A stretch of 64,000 nucleotides of DNA, taken from the NCBI GenBank assembly GCA_031549495.1, contig JAVBPS010000041.1:9121-73120 (forward strand), written 5' to 3'. A program made the position numbers and the translations under genes. The notes beneath the pieces are model-generated. The model searched no databases, was not told where the DNA came from, and saw nothing but the letters and a program-made list of their open reading frames with translations. Within the stretch, counting starts at the first letter, position 1. The number at the start of each line of letters is the position of its first letter. The DNA comes from Rikenellaceae bacterium (lineage in GTDB: Bacteria > Bacteroidota > Bacteroidia > Bacteroidales > Rikenellaceae). Below, in pieces: positions 26,284 to 34,961 of this stretch.

Positions 26284-27444
26284 ATGGACGAGAAACGCCT
26301 CGACGAACTGCTCGGGGAGATAAAGCAACACGGGCTGGACGACCTCTCGGCCGCCGGGCGGCACAGCGCCAACCTCTTCGACGAACTCACGCGCGAAGAG
26401 GAGTTGCCCCGGCGCGTGGCCTCGCATTACGCCGCCGACGCCCGTGACGCGGCAAACGCCTGGGCCCACACCCGCCGGCGCCTCGACGCCGCGCGGCGCG
26501 CCGAAGCCCGCAGGCTCTTCCCGCGGGGCTACCTGATGCGTTACGCGCTGGGCGGGGCCGCCGCCGCACTGGCCTTCGTGGTCCTGGTCACGGCGCTTGT
26601 CTATCGCCCCGAAGCCGCGGCCCCGCACGCCGACGCGACGCGGGCCGGGGCCCCCGATTACAGCCGCATGACCCTGGTGGACGACGCCGGGCGGGTGATC
26701 GAACTGGGCCGGGCGGGCACGGTCGTCATCGACGGGCAAGGCACCGTGGCCGAATGGAAGGACGGGCTGCTCACCTTCCGCGCCGACGCTCCGCAGGCCG
26801 AGAGCTACCGGGTGACGGTGCCCTGCGGGCAGACCATGCGCGTGGCGCTGGCCGACGGCAGCACCGTACGGCTCAACGCCCTGAGCACGTTGCGTTTCCC
26901 GACCGCCTTCGGCGAACAGCGGCGGGTGGAGATCGCCGGCCAGGCCTTTTTCGAGGTGGCCGCCGACGAGCGCCATCCCTTCTTTGTCGAGGCCGGCGGT
27001 ACGGAGGTCCGGGTGACGGGCACGCGCTTCGACGTGATGGCCTATCCCGATGAACGGGCCGTGAACGTCACCCTGGTCGAAGGCCGCGTCGAGGTCAGTA
27101 CCGGGATGTGGCAGGGCGTCCGGCTCGCCCCTTCGGAGCAGGCGAGCTACTCCCCGGCCGACGGCCAGTTGACCTTGCGCAAGGTCAATACACAGGTCTA
27201 CACCGGCTGGACCGAGGGGCTGCTGGTCTTCGAAGACCGCCCGCTCGAGGAGATCATGGCCGCGCTGGCGCGTTACTACGACATCGAACCGGTCTTTGCC
27301 GACCAGGCCGCCCGCAAGGTGCCTTTCGGCTTCAAGCTGCCCCGCACGCCACGCATCGACCCCATCATCGACCTTTTCGGACACATCGCCCAGGTGGAGA
27401 TCACCCGCCGGGGCCGCCAGATAATGATCCGATCCAAACCGTAG
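26284..27444 (+). CDS. FecR-family anti-sigma factor (FecR + DUF4974-type C-terminus)
   Basis: 386 aa. Cytoplasmic N-terminus, TM (YALGGAAAALAFVVLVTALVY), FecR core (GQAFFEVAADERHPFFVEAGGTEVRVTGTRFDV) and C-terminal WTEGLLVFEDRPLEEIMAALARYYDI. Confidence 0.92.
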   Translation: MDEKRLDELLGEIKQHGLDDLSAAGRHSANLFDELTREEELPRRVASHYAADARDAANAWAHTRRRLDAARRAEARRLFPRGYLMRYALGGAAAALAFVVLVTALVYRPEAAAPHADATRAGAPDYSRMTLVDDAGRVIELGRAGTVVIDGQGTVAEWKDGLLTFRADAPQAESYRVTVPCGQTMRVALADGSTVRLNALSTLRFPTAFGEQRRVEIAGQAFFEVAADERHPFFVEAGGTEVRVTGTRFDVMAYPDERAVNVTLVEGRVEVSTGMWQGVRLAPSEQASYSPADGQLTLRKVNTQVYTGWTEGLLVFEDRPLEEIMAALARYYDIEPVFADQAARKVPFGFKLPRTPRIDPIIDLFGHIAQVEITRRGRQIMIRSKP

Positions 27445-27476
27445 TGTGCGTCGCACACCGTAAAAAACCCGAGCCG

Positions 27477-30400
27477 ATGAATGAACATGACCCGAACCTG
27501 AGAAAACGAAAGGCTTTCCGGCTGCCGCGCGCGGCGGTCTGCCTGCTGGGGGCGCTGCTGCTCGGCGCGTCCCTCCATGCCCAACCCACGGTCACGCTGT
27601 CGATGCAGTCCACCGACCTGAAGAGCGTCATCTGGGAGATCGAACGACAGAGCGGCATCCGCTTTATCTACAACGCCCAAGACATCGGGCAGGTAAAGAT
27701 CCCTGCGGTCAGCATGGCCGGAAAAACCGTTCCCCAGGCCCTCGACGAGGTGATGCGGGGCACGGGATTCGGTTACGACCTGCGTGACGGGATCTATGTG
27801 ATCCGCCGGGGTGAACCGACTCCGCCGCCCGCCTCCCCGACCCACCTGACCGTGTCGGGGATCGTCACCGGCGCAGGGTCGGTGCTGCCCGGGGCCACGG
27901 TCACCGTACGCGGCACCACCACCGGGACCGTCACCGACCGCGACGGCCGGTACACCCTCTCCGTCCCCCGCAGCGACACCACCACGCTGGTGGTGAACTA
28001 CATCGGGATGAAGACCGCCAGCGTGCTGGTGCTGAATCGCACCACGCTCGACGTGGTGCTCGACGAAGAGGCCGAGCAGATCGAAACGATCGTCGCCACG
28101 GGATACCGCAGCATCGCGGCCGACTCCTACACCGGGTCGGCCAAAGTGATCTCGTCGGCGCTGATCGGCACGCGCGCCATCGGCTCGGTCGAGGAGGCCC
28201 TGCGCGGCCTCTCGCCCGGCACGCTCGTCGCCGCGTCGGGCCAGCCCGGCGAACAGAACGAAGTGCGCCTGCGGGGGGTAGGCTCGATGAACGCCGACAA
28301 CCAGCCCCTCTATGTGGTCGACGGGGTGGTGTGGGATCAGATCAACATGTCGGGTAACTCGAACACCCCGACCAACCCCCTGAACGCGCTCAACCCCTCG
28401 GACATCGCCAACATCACGGAGCTCAAGGACGCCGCCTCGGCCGCCCTGTACGGCTCGCGCGGGGCCAACGGGGTGATCGTGATCACCACCAAGAGCGGTC
28501 TGGAGAACGAAAAGACCAGCTTCACGCTCGGCCTGCAAACCGGTTTCTCGATGCTCAACACCTATCCCGAGCTGGTCGACGGACGGCAGTTCGCCGAGTT
28601 GTGGACCGAAGGCGAGATGCACGACCTGATCCGGCGGGAGCTGGCCGACAGTGAAGGCAAAACGAGCCGTACGGACCTGGTCAAAGAGCTCCAGTCGCTC
28701 TACGCCGACAAGGACGGCTATACCTACGGACGGCAGAATTACAACTACAACCAGTGGATGAAGGTGGCGCAAGGTAATTTCAACGCCCTGTACGCCATGC
28801 CCGCCGGCGACGGCACCTACCGCCGCTACGACTTTTTCGCCGCCGACGCCGACAAACTCCCCTCGACCGACTGGTTCGAGGAGATCTCGCGCCTGGCGCC
28901 CTTCATAAAGGCCAACCTCTCGATGCAGGGCGGCAGCCGCACGATGCGGTATTACGCCTCGATGGAGTATTTCGACCAGCAGGGGACGATCATCGGCAGC
29001 CAGCTCAAACGTTATTCGGCGCGCATAAAACTCTCCTCCGAATCGGACAAACAGTTGGTCAACTGGGGTACGAACATGTATATTTCGAGTACTCTGCAGT
29101 CGGGGCCCCTGGCCGGCGGGCAGAACTACAACTCGCCCCAGTACGCCGCCGTGATGCTCCCCTCGGTGATCGCGCCCAAACTCGAAGACGGATCATATAA
29201 CTTCTTCTTTCCCAACAACATCCTCAACACGAACCACAATCCCGTGGCGAGCGCCAACGAAAACATCAACGAAAAACCCCTGACGAGCATCACCGCCCAG
29301 GGATGGCTGCAATTCAACCTGCTGCCGTGGCTCAAGTTCCGCTCGACCAACACGATCTATTACACCCTGGTGCGGCGCCACGCCTATTACAGCCGTGAAT
29401 TCGGCACCGGCATCTCGACAAGCGGGCAGCTCTACGAGCGCGATTCGCACAACCGCAAGATCACCTCGACCAACCTCTTTACGGTCAGTAAGACCTGGCG
29501 CGGGCGCCACCGCCTGAACCTGATCGCGGGGGGCGAGATCGAGAACCAGCGCAACACCTACAACGAGATCCAGGTGAGCAACTTCGCCACCGACCGCAAA
29601 CCTTCGGCCTCGATGGGTTCGCAGATGAGCAACTGGAACGGCGGCGGCTACGGCTACTCGCTCGCATCGCTGCTCTCGTCGGCCGATTACTCGTACCGCT
29701 ACCGCTACTTCATCTCGGGGTCGTACCGCATGGACGCCTCCTCGCGCTTCGGCCCCGGTTACCGCACCGGCCACTTCTGGTCGGTGTCCGGGGCGTACAA
29801 GATCGCCAGCGAACCGTGGTTCAAACCCCTTCTGAAGACGATCAACTACCTGCGCTTCAGGGGCAGCTACGGCGTGAACGGCACCCTGCCCAGCCAGTAC
29901 TACTACTGGCGCAACGCGTTCGAGGGGAGCGCCTACATGTCCGTCCCGGGAGCGTCGCAACGCTACCGCCCGCGCCCCGAACTGACCTGGGAGGGCAATC
30001 GCATCTGGAACGTGGGGATGGACGCGCGCTTTCTGGACGACCGCATCAGCCTGACGGTCGAATACTACGACCGCAAATCGAAAGACCTGTTGCAGGACGT
30101 GCGCGTGTCGATGACCTCGGGCTACCAGACCATGCTGATGAACACTTCGGCCGGCATCAACAACCACGGCCTGGAGGCCGAGCTGACCGGCGTGCCCCTG
30201 CGCACGCCCAAGCAGCGGCTGGAGCTGAGCGTCAATCTGGCCACGCTCAAATCGACCTACTACGGCCTGCAGACCCAGGAGTTGGATAATTACAGCCGCC
30301 AGTTGATGGCCAACGGCGAGAGCGTCTACTCGTGGTACCTGCGCCAATGGGCGGGCGTCGACCCCTCGACCGGGTCGGTGCTCTATCCCTACTACGACGA

Positions 30401-30950
30401 GCAGGGCAACCGGCAAACCACCACCAGCACGGCCAACATCCCCTTCGGGATCGTCGGGCAGGGATTGCCGAAAGTCTCCGGGGGCGTGTCGCTCAACTAC
30501 ACCTACGGCTCGTGGTCTCTGAGCGCGCTCTGCTCGTTCGCCTGGGGCCACCAGATCTACGACCGTCTGGGCGGGTCGGTGATCTCCACCGACGGCGGGA
30601 CGCAGTTCTCGGCCTCGGTCGACCAGCTCGACCGCTGGACGCCGGACAATCCCTACGCCTCCTCGCCGCTGAGGGTGAACAACAGCGCGACCGCCTCGCG
30701 CTACACCCGTTTCCTAAAGAACGGCGCCTACCTGAAGGTGCGCAACATCAAGCTGCAGTACGAGGTGCCGCAGAGCGTGCTCAAGGCCGTGAAGATCGCC
30801 TCGGCGGCGGTGTTCGTGCAGACCGAGAATCCGTTCATCTTCTCGCACATTCCGGGCTACGACCCCGAAATGTCAATGTCCGGCTACCGGTATACGGACC
30901 GTTATCCCACTCCCACCATCTTCACGGCGGGCCTTACCCTTAACTTCTGA
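27477..30950 (+). CDS. SusC/RagA-family TonB-dependent receptor with an N-terminal STN signalling domain (trans-envelope signalling type)
   Basis: ORF 27108..30950, but its first 123 codons overlap fecR in another frame. The ATG at 27477 gives MNEHDPNLRKRKAFRLPRAAVCLLGALLLGASLHAQ. STN-like TVTLSMQSTDLKSVIWEIERQSGIRFIYNAQDI...ALDEVMRGTGFGYDL, then CarboxypepD_reg, plug and barrel (C-terminus ...FTAGLTLNF). Confidence 0.93.
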   Translation: MNEHDPNLRKRKAFRLPRAAVCLLGALLLGASLHAQPTVTLSMQSTDLKSVIWEIERQSGIRFIYNAQDIGQVKIPAVSMAGKTVPQALDEVMRGTGFGYDLRDGIYVIRRGEPTPPPASPTHLTVSGIVTGAGSVLPGATVTVRGTTTGTVTDRDGRYTLSVPRSDTTTLVVNYIGMKTASVLVLNRTTLDVVLDEEAEQIETIVATGYRSIAADSYTGSAKVISSALIGTRAIGSVEEALRGLSPGTLVAASGQPGEQNEVRLRGVGSMNADNQPLYVVDGVVWDQINMSGNSNTPTNPLNALNPSDIANITELKDAASAALYGSRGANGVIVITTKSGLENEKTSFTLGLQTGFSMLNTYPELVDGRQFAELWTEGEMHDLIRRELADSEGKTSRTDLVKELQSLYADKDGYTYGRQNYNYNQWMKVAQGNFNALYAMPAGDGTYRRYDFFAADADKLPSTDWFEEISRLAPFIKANLSMQGGSRTMRYYASMEYFDQQGTIIGSQLKRYSARIKLSSESDKQLVNWGTNMYISSTLQSGPLAGGQNYNSPQYAAVMLPSVIAPKLEDGSYNFFFPNNILNTNHNPVASANENINEKPLTSITAQGWLQFNLLPWLKFRSTNTIYYTLVRRHAYYSREFGTGISTSGQLYERDSHNRKITSTNLFTVSKTWRGRHRLNLIAGGEIENQRNTYNEIQVSNFATDRKPSASMGSQMSNWNGGGYGYSLASLLSSADYSYRYRYFISGSYRMDASSRFGPGYRTGHFWSVSGAYKIASEPWFKPLLKTINYLRFRGSYGVNGTLPSQYYYWRNAFEGSAYMSVPGASQRYRPRPELTWEGNRIWNVGMDARFLDDRISLTVEYYDRKSKDLLQDVRVSMTSGYQTMLMNTSAGINNHGLEAELTGVPLRTPKQRLELSVNLATLKSTYYGLQTQELDNYSRQLMANGESVYSWYLRQWAGVDPSTGSVLYPYYDEQGNRQTTTSTANIPFGIVGQGLPKVSGGVSLNYTYGSWSLSALCSFAWGHQIYDRLGGSVISTDGGTQFSASVDQLDRWTPDNPYASSPLRVNNSATASRYTRFLKNGAYLKVRNIKLQYEVPQSVLKAVKIASAAVFVQTENPFIFSHIPGYDPEMSMSGYRYTDRYPTPTIFTAGLTLNF

Positions 30951-30955
30951 CGGCC

Positions 30956-32512
30956 ATGAAAAAGATTTCGATACTGCTCGCGGCACTGACCCTGACCCTC
31001 GGCCTGGGGGGATGCGCAGAGCTGCTCGACAAGGAGCCCTACGAAATGTACGAAGAGGATTTCGTGCTCACCACCCCCGAGGGCATGGACCTGTTGCTCA
31101 CAGGAGCCTACGACCTGGTCGCGGGCCAATCCTATTACGGCGCGCTGCTCTACCTCTACGAGGCGGCCAAGGGGCCCGACTTCTTCGTGCGCAACGTGGC
31201 CGGCGGCTTCTCGTTCTACACCGAGAACCGCTACAGCGAGTCCTCGACCACCAACGGCAACGCCCGCAACGCATGGGTGAACATCTACCTGGTGATCCGC
31301 AACACGACCCTGCTGATCGAAAACATCGACACGGTGAAGGGCGACGTCGAAGAGCTGCGCCGCATCAAGGGCGAAGCCTATGTGCTGCGCGGACTGGCCT
31401 ATTTCGACCTGATGCGCCTGTTCGCCTACCCGCCGGCGTTCTCCGTGCCGGGCGGATCGCGCTACGATGAGAAATTCCAATGGGGCGTGCCGATCATCCG
31501 CACCGTCGAGATGGGTTCCAACATCTACGACTACCGGGTGCGGCGCGAAACGGCCGAGACCACCTATAATTATATCATCGACCAGTTCGAGCGCGCGGTG
31601 CGCCTGCTCGAAGGGCGCACCATCGCCCAGGGCCACGCCAACGCCGCCGCAGCCGAAGCGCTGCTGCTGCGCGCTTACCTCTACCTCGAAAAGTGGGACA
31701 AGGTGATCGAGCTGGGCGAGGAGTGGCTCTCCAAATACGAGTCGCGCTACGCGATGATCCCCTGGGAGAGCTACCCGACCACCTACCACAAGCCGTTCAA
31801 CACCGAGAGCGTGTGGGAGCTCGGCTACATGACGGCCGACAACCTGGGGTCGAACTCGATCAACTACTGGGTGCGCCGGCCGACGTGGAACGAGCCCGGA
31901 TCGGAGCGCGACGGGACCGTCTCGCAGAACATGGGCTACTCGAAGCTGGGCCTCACCTGGGGCGGGACGAACTGCGGTTATAACTTCCTGATCAACTACG
32001 CCAACGACATCCGCCAGTACCTGATCTGCCAGATGGGCATCGAGAGCCATCCCGAATACCTCTCGGTGCGTAAATACGTGGGCGATCCCTACCACTTCGT
32101 GCACAACGTGCCGGTGGTGCGGCTGCCGGAGATCTACCTCAGCCTGGCCGAAGCCTACGCCAATCAAGGCGAGATGGGTACCGCGACCGACTACACCAGC
32201 AAAATATCGCAGCCGCGCCGCAAGTCGGCCGCGAGCATCACTTCGACCGGTAACGTGCTCAACGAGCGTCGGCGCGAATTCATCCTCGAAGGGCATACCT
32301 ACTGGGATTACTTCCGCACGGCGCGCAACCTGACCGGCCGGCAGATCATCGAGAGCATCGACGACAGCTCGATCTCCTTCGGAACCACCACGGGCGCGAG
32401 TTACCGCGCCGTCTACCCGATCCCCCTGGCCGAGATGAACGCCAACCCGGCCATCCGCGACCAGAAGAACCCCGGCTATGCCGACTGGGTCTACGCCATC
32501 GAAGAAGACTAA
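30956..32512 (+). CDS. SusD/RagB-family lipoprotein
   Basis: 518 aa. Lipobox LGLGGC, VLRGLAYFDLMRLFAYPP, RLPEIYLSLAEAYANQG. It lies 5 nt after susC. Confidence 0.92.
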   Translation: MKKISILLAALTLTLGLGGCAELLDKEPYEMYEEDFVLTTPEGMDLLLTGAYDLVAGQSYYGALLYLYEAAKGPDFFVRNVAGGFSFYTENRYSESSTTNGNARNAWVNIYLVIRNTTLLIENIDTVKGDVEELRRIKGEAYVLRGLAYFDLMRLFAYPPAFSVPGGSRYDEKFQWGVPIIRTVEMGSNIYDYRVRRETAETTYNYIIDQFERAVRLLEGRTIAQGHANAAAAEALLLRAYLYLEKWDKVIELGEEWLSKYESRYAMIPWESYPTTYHKPFNTESVWELGYMTADNLGSNSINYWVRRPTWNEPGSERDGTVSQNMGYSKLGLTWGGTNCGYNFLINYANDIRQYLICQMGIESHPEYLSVRKYVGDPYHFVHNVPVVRLPEIYLSLAEAYANQGEMGTATDYTSKISQPRRKSAASITSTGNVLNERRREFILEGHTYWDYFRTARNLTGRQIIESIDDSSISFGTTTGASYRAVYPIPLAEMNANPAIRDQKNPGYADWVYAIEED

Positions 32513-32530
32513 CAAGCAAAAACCACAGGA

Positions 32531-34348
32531 ATGAAAAAGAGAATATTGTGGGCCGCCACACTGCTGCTGGCCGCCGCCCTGACCGATTGCAAGGACGACG
32601 AGGGTGACTTCAACGATACGTTCGCCATCTCGTCCGACGCCGTCCAGTTCGACGGCAACACCCTCGCCTTCGGCCCCGACCGCCTGACGGTGGTGATCGA
32701 GGGGGCCACCGAGACCGCCACCGGCAAGTGGAACGCCATCTGTCCCACCGAGGACGTATGGTGCTCCTTCTCGCGCCGCGGGGGCGAGCTGGCGGTCACC
32801 GTCAGCCTGAACGACACCAATGAGCCGCGCTCGACATGGATCGAGTTTTCGCTCGGGGACAACACCCGCCGCATCGCCGTCAACCAGGAGTACCTGCGCA
32901 CCCTCTCCTTCCCCGGCGGGAACACGGCGACCGAGGGAGCCAACGCCCACGCGGTGTCGATCCCCCTGCAAACGAACGTCGCCGCGGCCAACCTCTCGGC
33001 GAGCGTCACCGATCCGGCCTCGTGCGACTGGATCACCAACCTGGCGGTCAGCGCGACGGCCGTCACGTTCAACCTGCTGCGCAACCCGTCGGCCAGTTCG
33101 ACCCGTCCCGCCACGATCACCGTCCAGGGCGAAGGCAAAACGGCCTCCGTGCGGGTCACCCAGAACGCCCTGAGCGGCTACCCCTACCAGATCGACCTCT
33201 CCGGGGCGGATTTCGCCGATTGCTACATCTACGAGATATGGGATCAGACGCACGACATGAAGATCGGCGAACTCTGCCTGGAATACCTGCATAAAAAGCC
33301 CGACGGGGCCGATAACCCGATCGTGCGCAAACAGGCCACGGTGGCCTATCCGATGAAATCGGGCAAGGTCGACCTGACGAACGGCCTGGTGGTCGACGAC
33401 GGCCATTTCGTGCGGTGGGCCGCCAACGTCACTTCGACCACCCCTCCGGCCGATATGCTCGGCTACGAAGAGGGCGAAACCGTGGCTGCGAAGCCCACGG
33501 TGATCTACCTCGACGAGGGCGCTGCGCGCATGACCACCGTCGACATCGAGGCCCTGCCCGGCGACCGCGTGATGGCCGTCCTGCGGCCCTACAAGCTGCG
33601 CGACCAGCGCTCCGGCACGGCCAATAACCAGGGCCAGCTCACCGAGGATTACTCGTACAAGGTGGTCAAGATCGGCACCCAGTACTGGATGGCCGAGAAC
33701 CTGCGCAGCTCGCGCTACGCCGACACGGGCGCCCCGATCCCGACCGACATCGGCACGGAATGGGCCAACGCCATGTCGCCCGGATGCGCCATCGCCACCC
33801 GGGTCGCAAGTACGCAGGCCAACTGGATCGACGCCAACGACCCCCTGGAGGCTGCCGTAACCGCACGCAATACGCACGGGTTGGTCTATAATTTCCATGC
33901 GCTCACACGGACCACCGCCGCGAAAGACGTGGAGATGCCCGAGGCCAGTATCGTGGACCGGCTCGCACCTGCGGGCTGGAGTGTCCCGGAGCGGGCGCAG
34001 TTCACCCAGATGTGTAACTACGTCTTCCAGGCCACCTCGTTGCCGGGAGCCGCCGATGAGCTTTGCTCCACCACCTACGCGACGGGTGAATGGGCCAATG
34101 CGAGCGGATTCGGCGCGACCGGCAACAACTCGCGGTCGAACTCGGGAACCGCTACGGGTTATAATCCCCATACGGGCTATATGGCGATAGACGCCTACAC
34201 GTTCCGTCCGCCTCCCGGGCAGTTGGGCATTGAGAACCAGCATGTCAGCACGATCTTCCGGATCCAGACCGACACCGACAACAAACCGGTCTGGGTCGCC
34301 AACCAGTCCTGCCAGCGCGCGTTCTACGTCCGCTGCCTGCGCGACTGA
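32531..34348 (+). CDS. Surface lipoprotein with BACON-like repeats and a C-terminal FISUMP (Fibrobacter succinogenes major paralogous) domain
   Basis: 605 aa. Lipobox ALTDC. BACON-like segments (WCSFSRRGGELAVTVSLNDTNEPRSTWIEFSLGD; CDWITNLAVSATAVTFNLLRNPSASSTRPATITVQG). FISUMP-like YKVVKIGTQYWMAENLRSSRYADTG...GLVYNFHA...GWSVPERAQF. Confidence 0.7.
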   Translation: MKKRILWAATLLLAAALTDCKDDEGDFNDTFAISSDAVQFDGNTLAFGPDRLTVVIEGATETATGKWNAICPTEDVWCSFSRRGGELAVTVSLNDTNEPRSTWIEFSLGDNTRRIAVNQEYLRTLSFPGGNTATEGANAHAVSIPLQTNVAAANLSASVTDPASCDWITNLAVSATAVTFNLLRNPSASSTRPATITVQGEGKTASVRVTQNALSGYPYQIDLSGADFADCYIYEIWDQTHDMKIGELCLEYLHKKPDGADNPIVRKQATVAYPMKSGKVDLTNGLVVDDGHFVRWAANVTSTTPPADMLGYEEGETVAAKPTVIYLDEGAARMTTVDIEALPGDRVMAVLRPYKLRDQRSGTANNQGQLTEDYSYKVVKIGTQYWMAENLRSSRYADTGAPIPTDIGTEWANAMSPGCAIATRVASTQANWIDANDPLEAAVTARNTHGLVYNFHALTRTTAAKDVEMPEASIVDRLAPAGWSVPERAQFTQMCNYVFQATSLPGAADELCSTTYATGEWANASGFGATGNNSRSNSGTATGYNPHTGYMAIDAYTFRPPPGQLGIENQHVSTIFRIQTDTDNKPVWVANQSCQRAFYVRCLRD

Positions 34349-34370
34349 CGATCGGCTTCTGCGATGAACC

Positions 34371-34397
34371 AGGCCGGGCGGCGATCCCGCCCGGCCT
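34371..34397 (+). terminator. Strong GC hairpin (11-bp stem AGGCCGGGCGG/CCGCCCGGCCT, loop CGATC) ending the susC-2 operon
   Basis: A perfect stem 23 nt after the stop at 34348, followed by TCCTTTG. Confidence 0.6.
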
Positions 34398-34480
34398 TCC
34401 TTTGACCGCAGGGGAAGGGGTGTTCGCGACCAAAAGCCCGCTCCGACAGCGATGCTTAAGCAAAACCCACGTTACCTTAT

Positions 34481-34954
34481 TAATGCGAATTAAAGGTTGG
34501 AAATAAACGTTCTTTTTGGCCGACGAGCACAGGGCCGGTATCGCCTGCGGGCGACCGTACTTTTTTGCTTGACCAAAAAAGTAGGCAAAAAAGTCAAGGC
34601 GCCGCGCTCCCGGCTTACCCGCTTACGGGTTTTCGGGGAAGTCGTGCGGAAATTCCGCTACGCACAGGCCACATCGCACGCCTCCGCGTTCCGCTCCGGC
34701 CTCCCGCTACAGTTTCCGCCCTTTGTCCCCCGAAAACCCTGGCGGGGCCCAAGCCTCCCGCTTATGGCGCCGGGCCAACGCGCTTTGGCCGCCGCGCAGC
34801 CCACCGCGCCCCCGCCTGCGGCTACCAACGGTCTTCTCGCGTCATGTCGAGCGTTAGTCGAGACATCTCAAACAGAACGGCCGAGCCCGTAGGGGCACCC
34901 CTCGCGGGTGCCCAAAGGAAACCAACGTTTATTTCCAACCCTTAATTCGCATTA
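34481..34954. mobile_element. 474-bp element bounded by 31-bp terminal inverted repeats and flanked by TTAT direct repeats: MITE-like insertion or invertible (phase-variable) segment
   Basis: TAATGCGAATTAAAGGTTGGAAATAAACGTT (34481..34511) versus the reverse complement of 34924..34954 (30/31 identical). TTAT sits at 34477..34480 and 34955..34958. The interior is GC-rich and highly self-complementary, with no credible ORF. Confidence 0.65.
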
Positions 34955-34961
34955 TTATCCT

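Noticed and set aside
27108-27476. An upstream extension of the SusC ORF (the track start at 27108 adds 123 codons). Similar extensions occur at 56746, 58382, 34908 and 1597.
   Set aside because: The extensions overlap the preceding gene in another frame and lack signal peptides. The internal ATGs (27477, 56872, 58424, 34962, 1639) are each followed by a clear signal peptide or lipobox.
34497-34945. ORFs of 131 aa and 126 aa inside the IR-bounded element.
   Set aside because: The translations are Pro/Ala/Arg-rich low-complexity strings. Both ORFs run through multiple perfect hairpins, they overlap each other in different frames, and they show no signal or domain features. I treated the region as non-coding element sequence.
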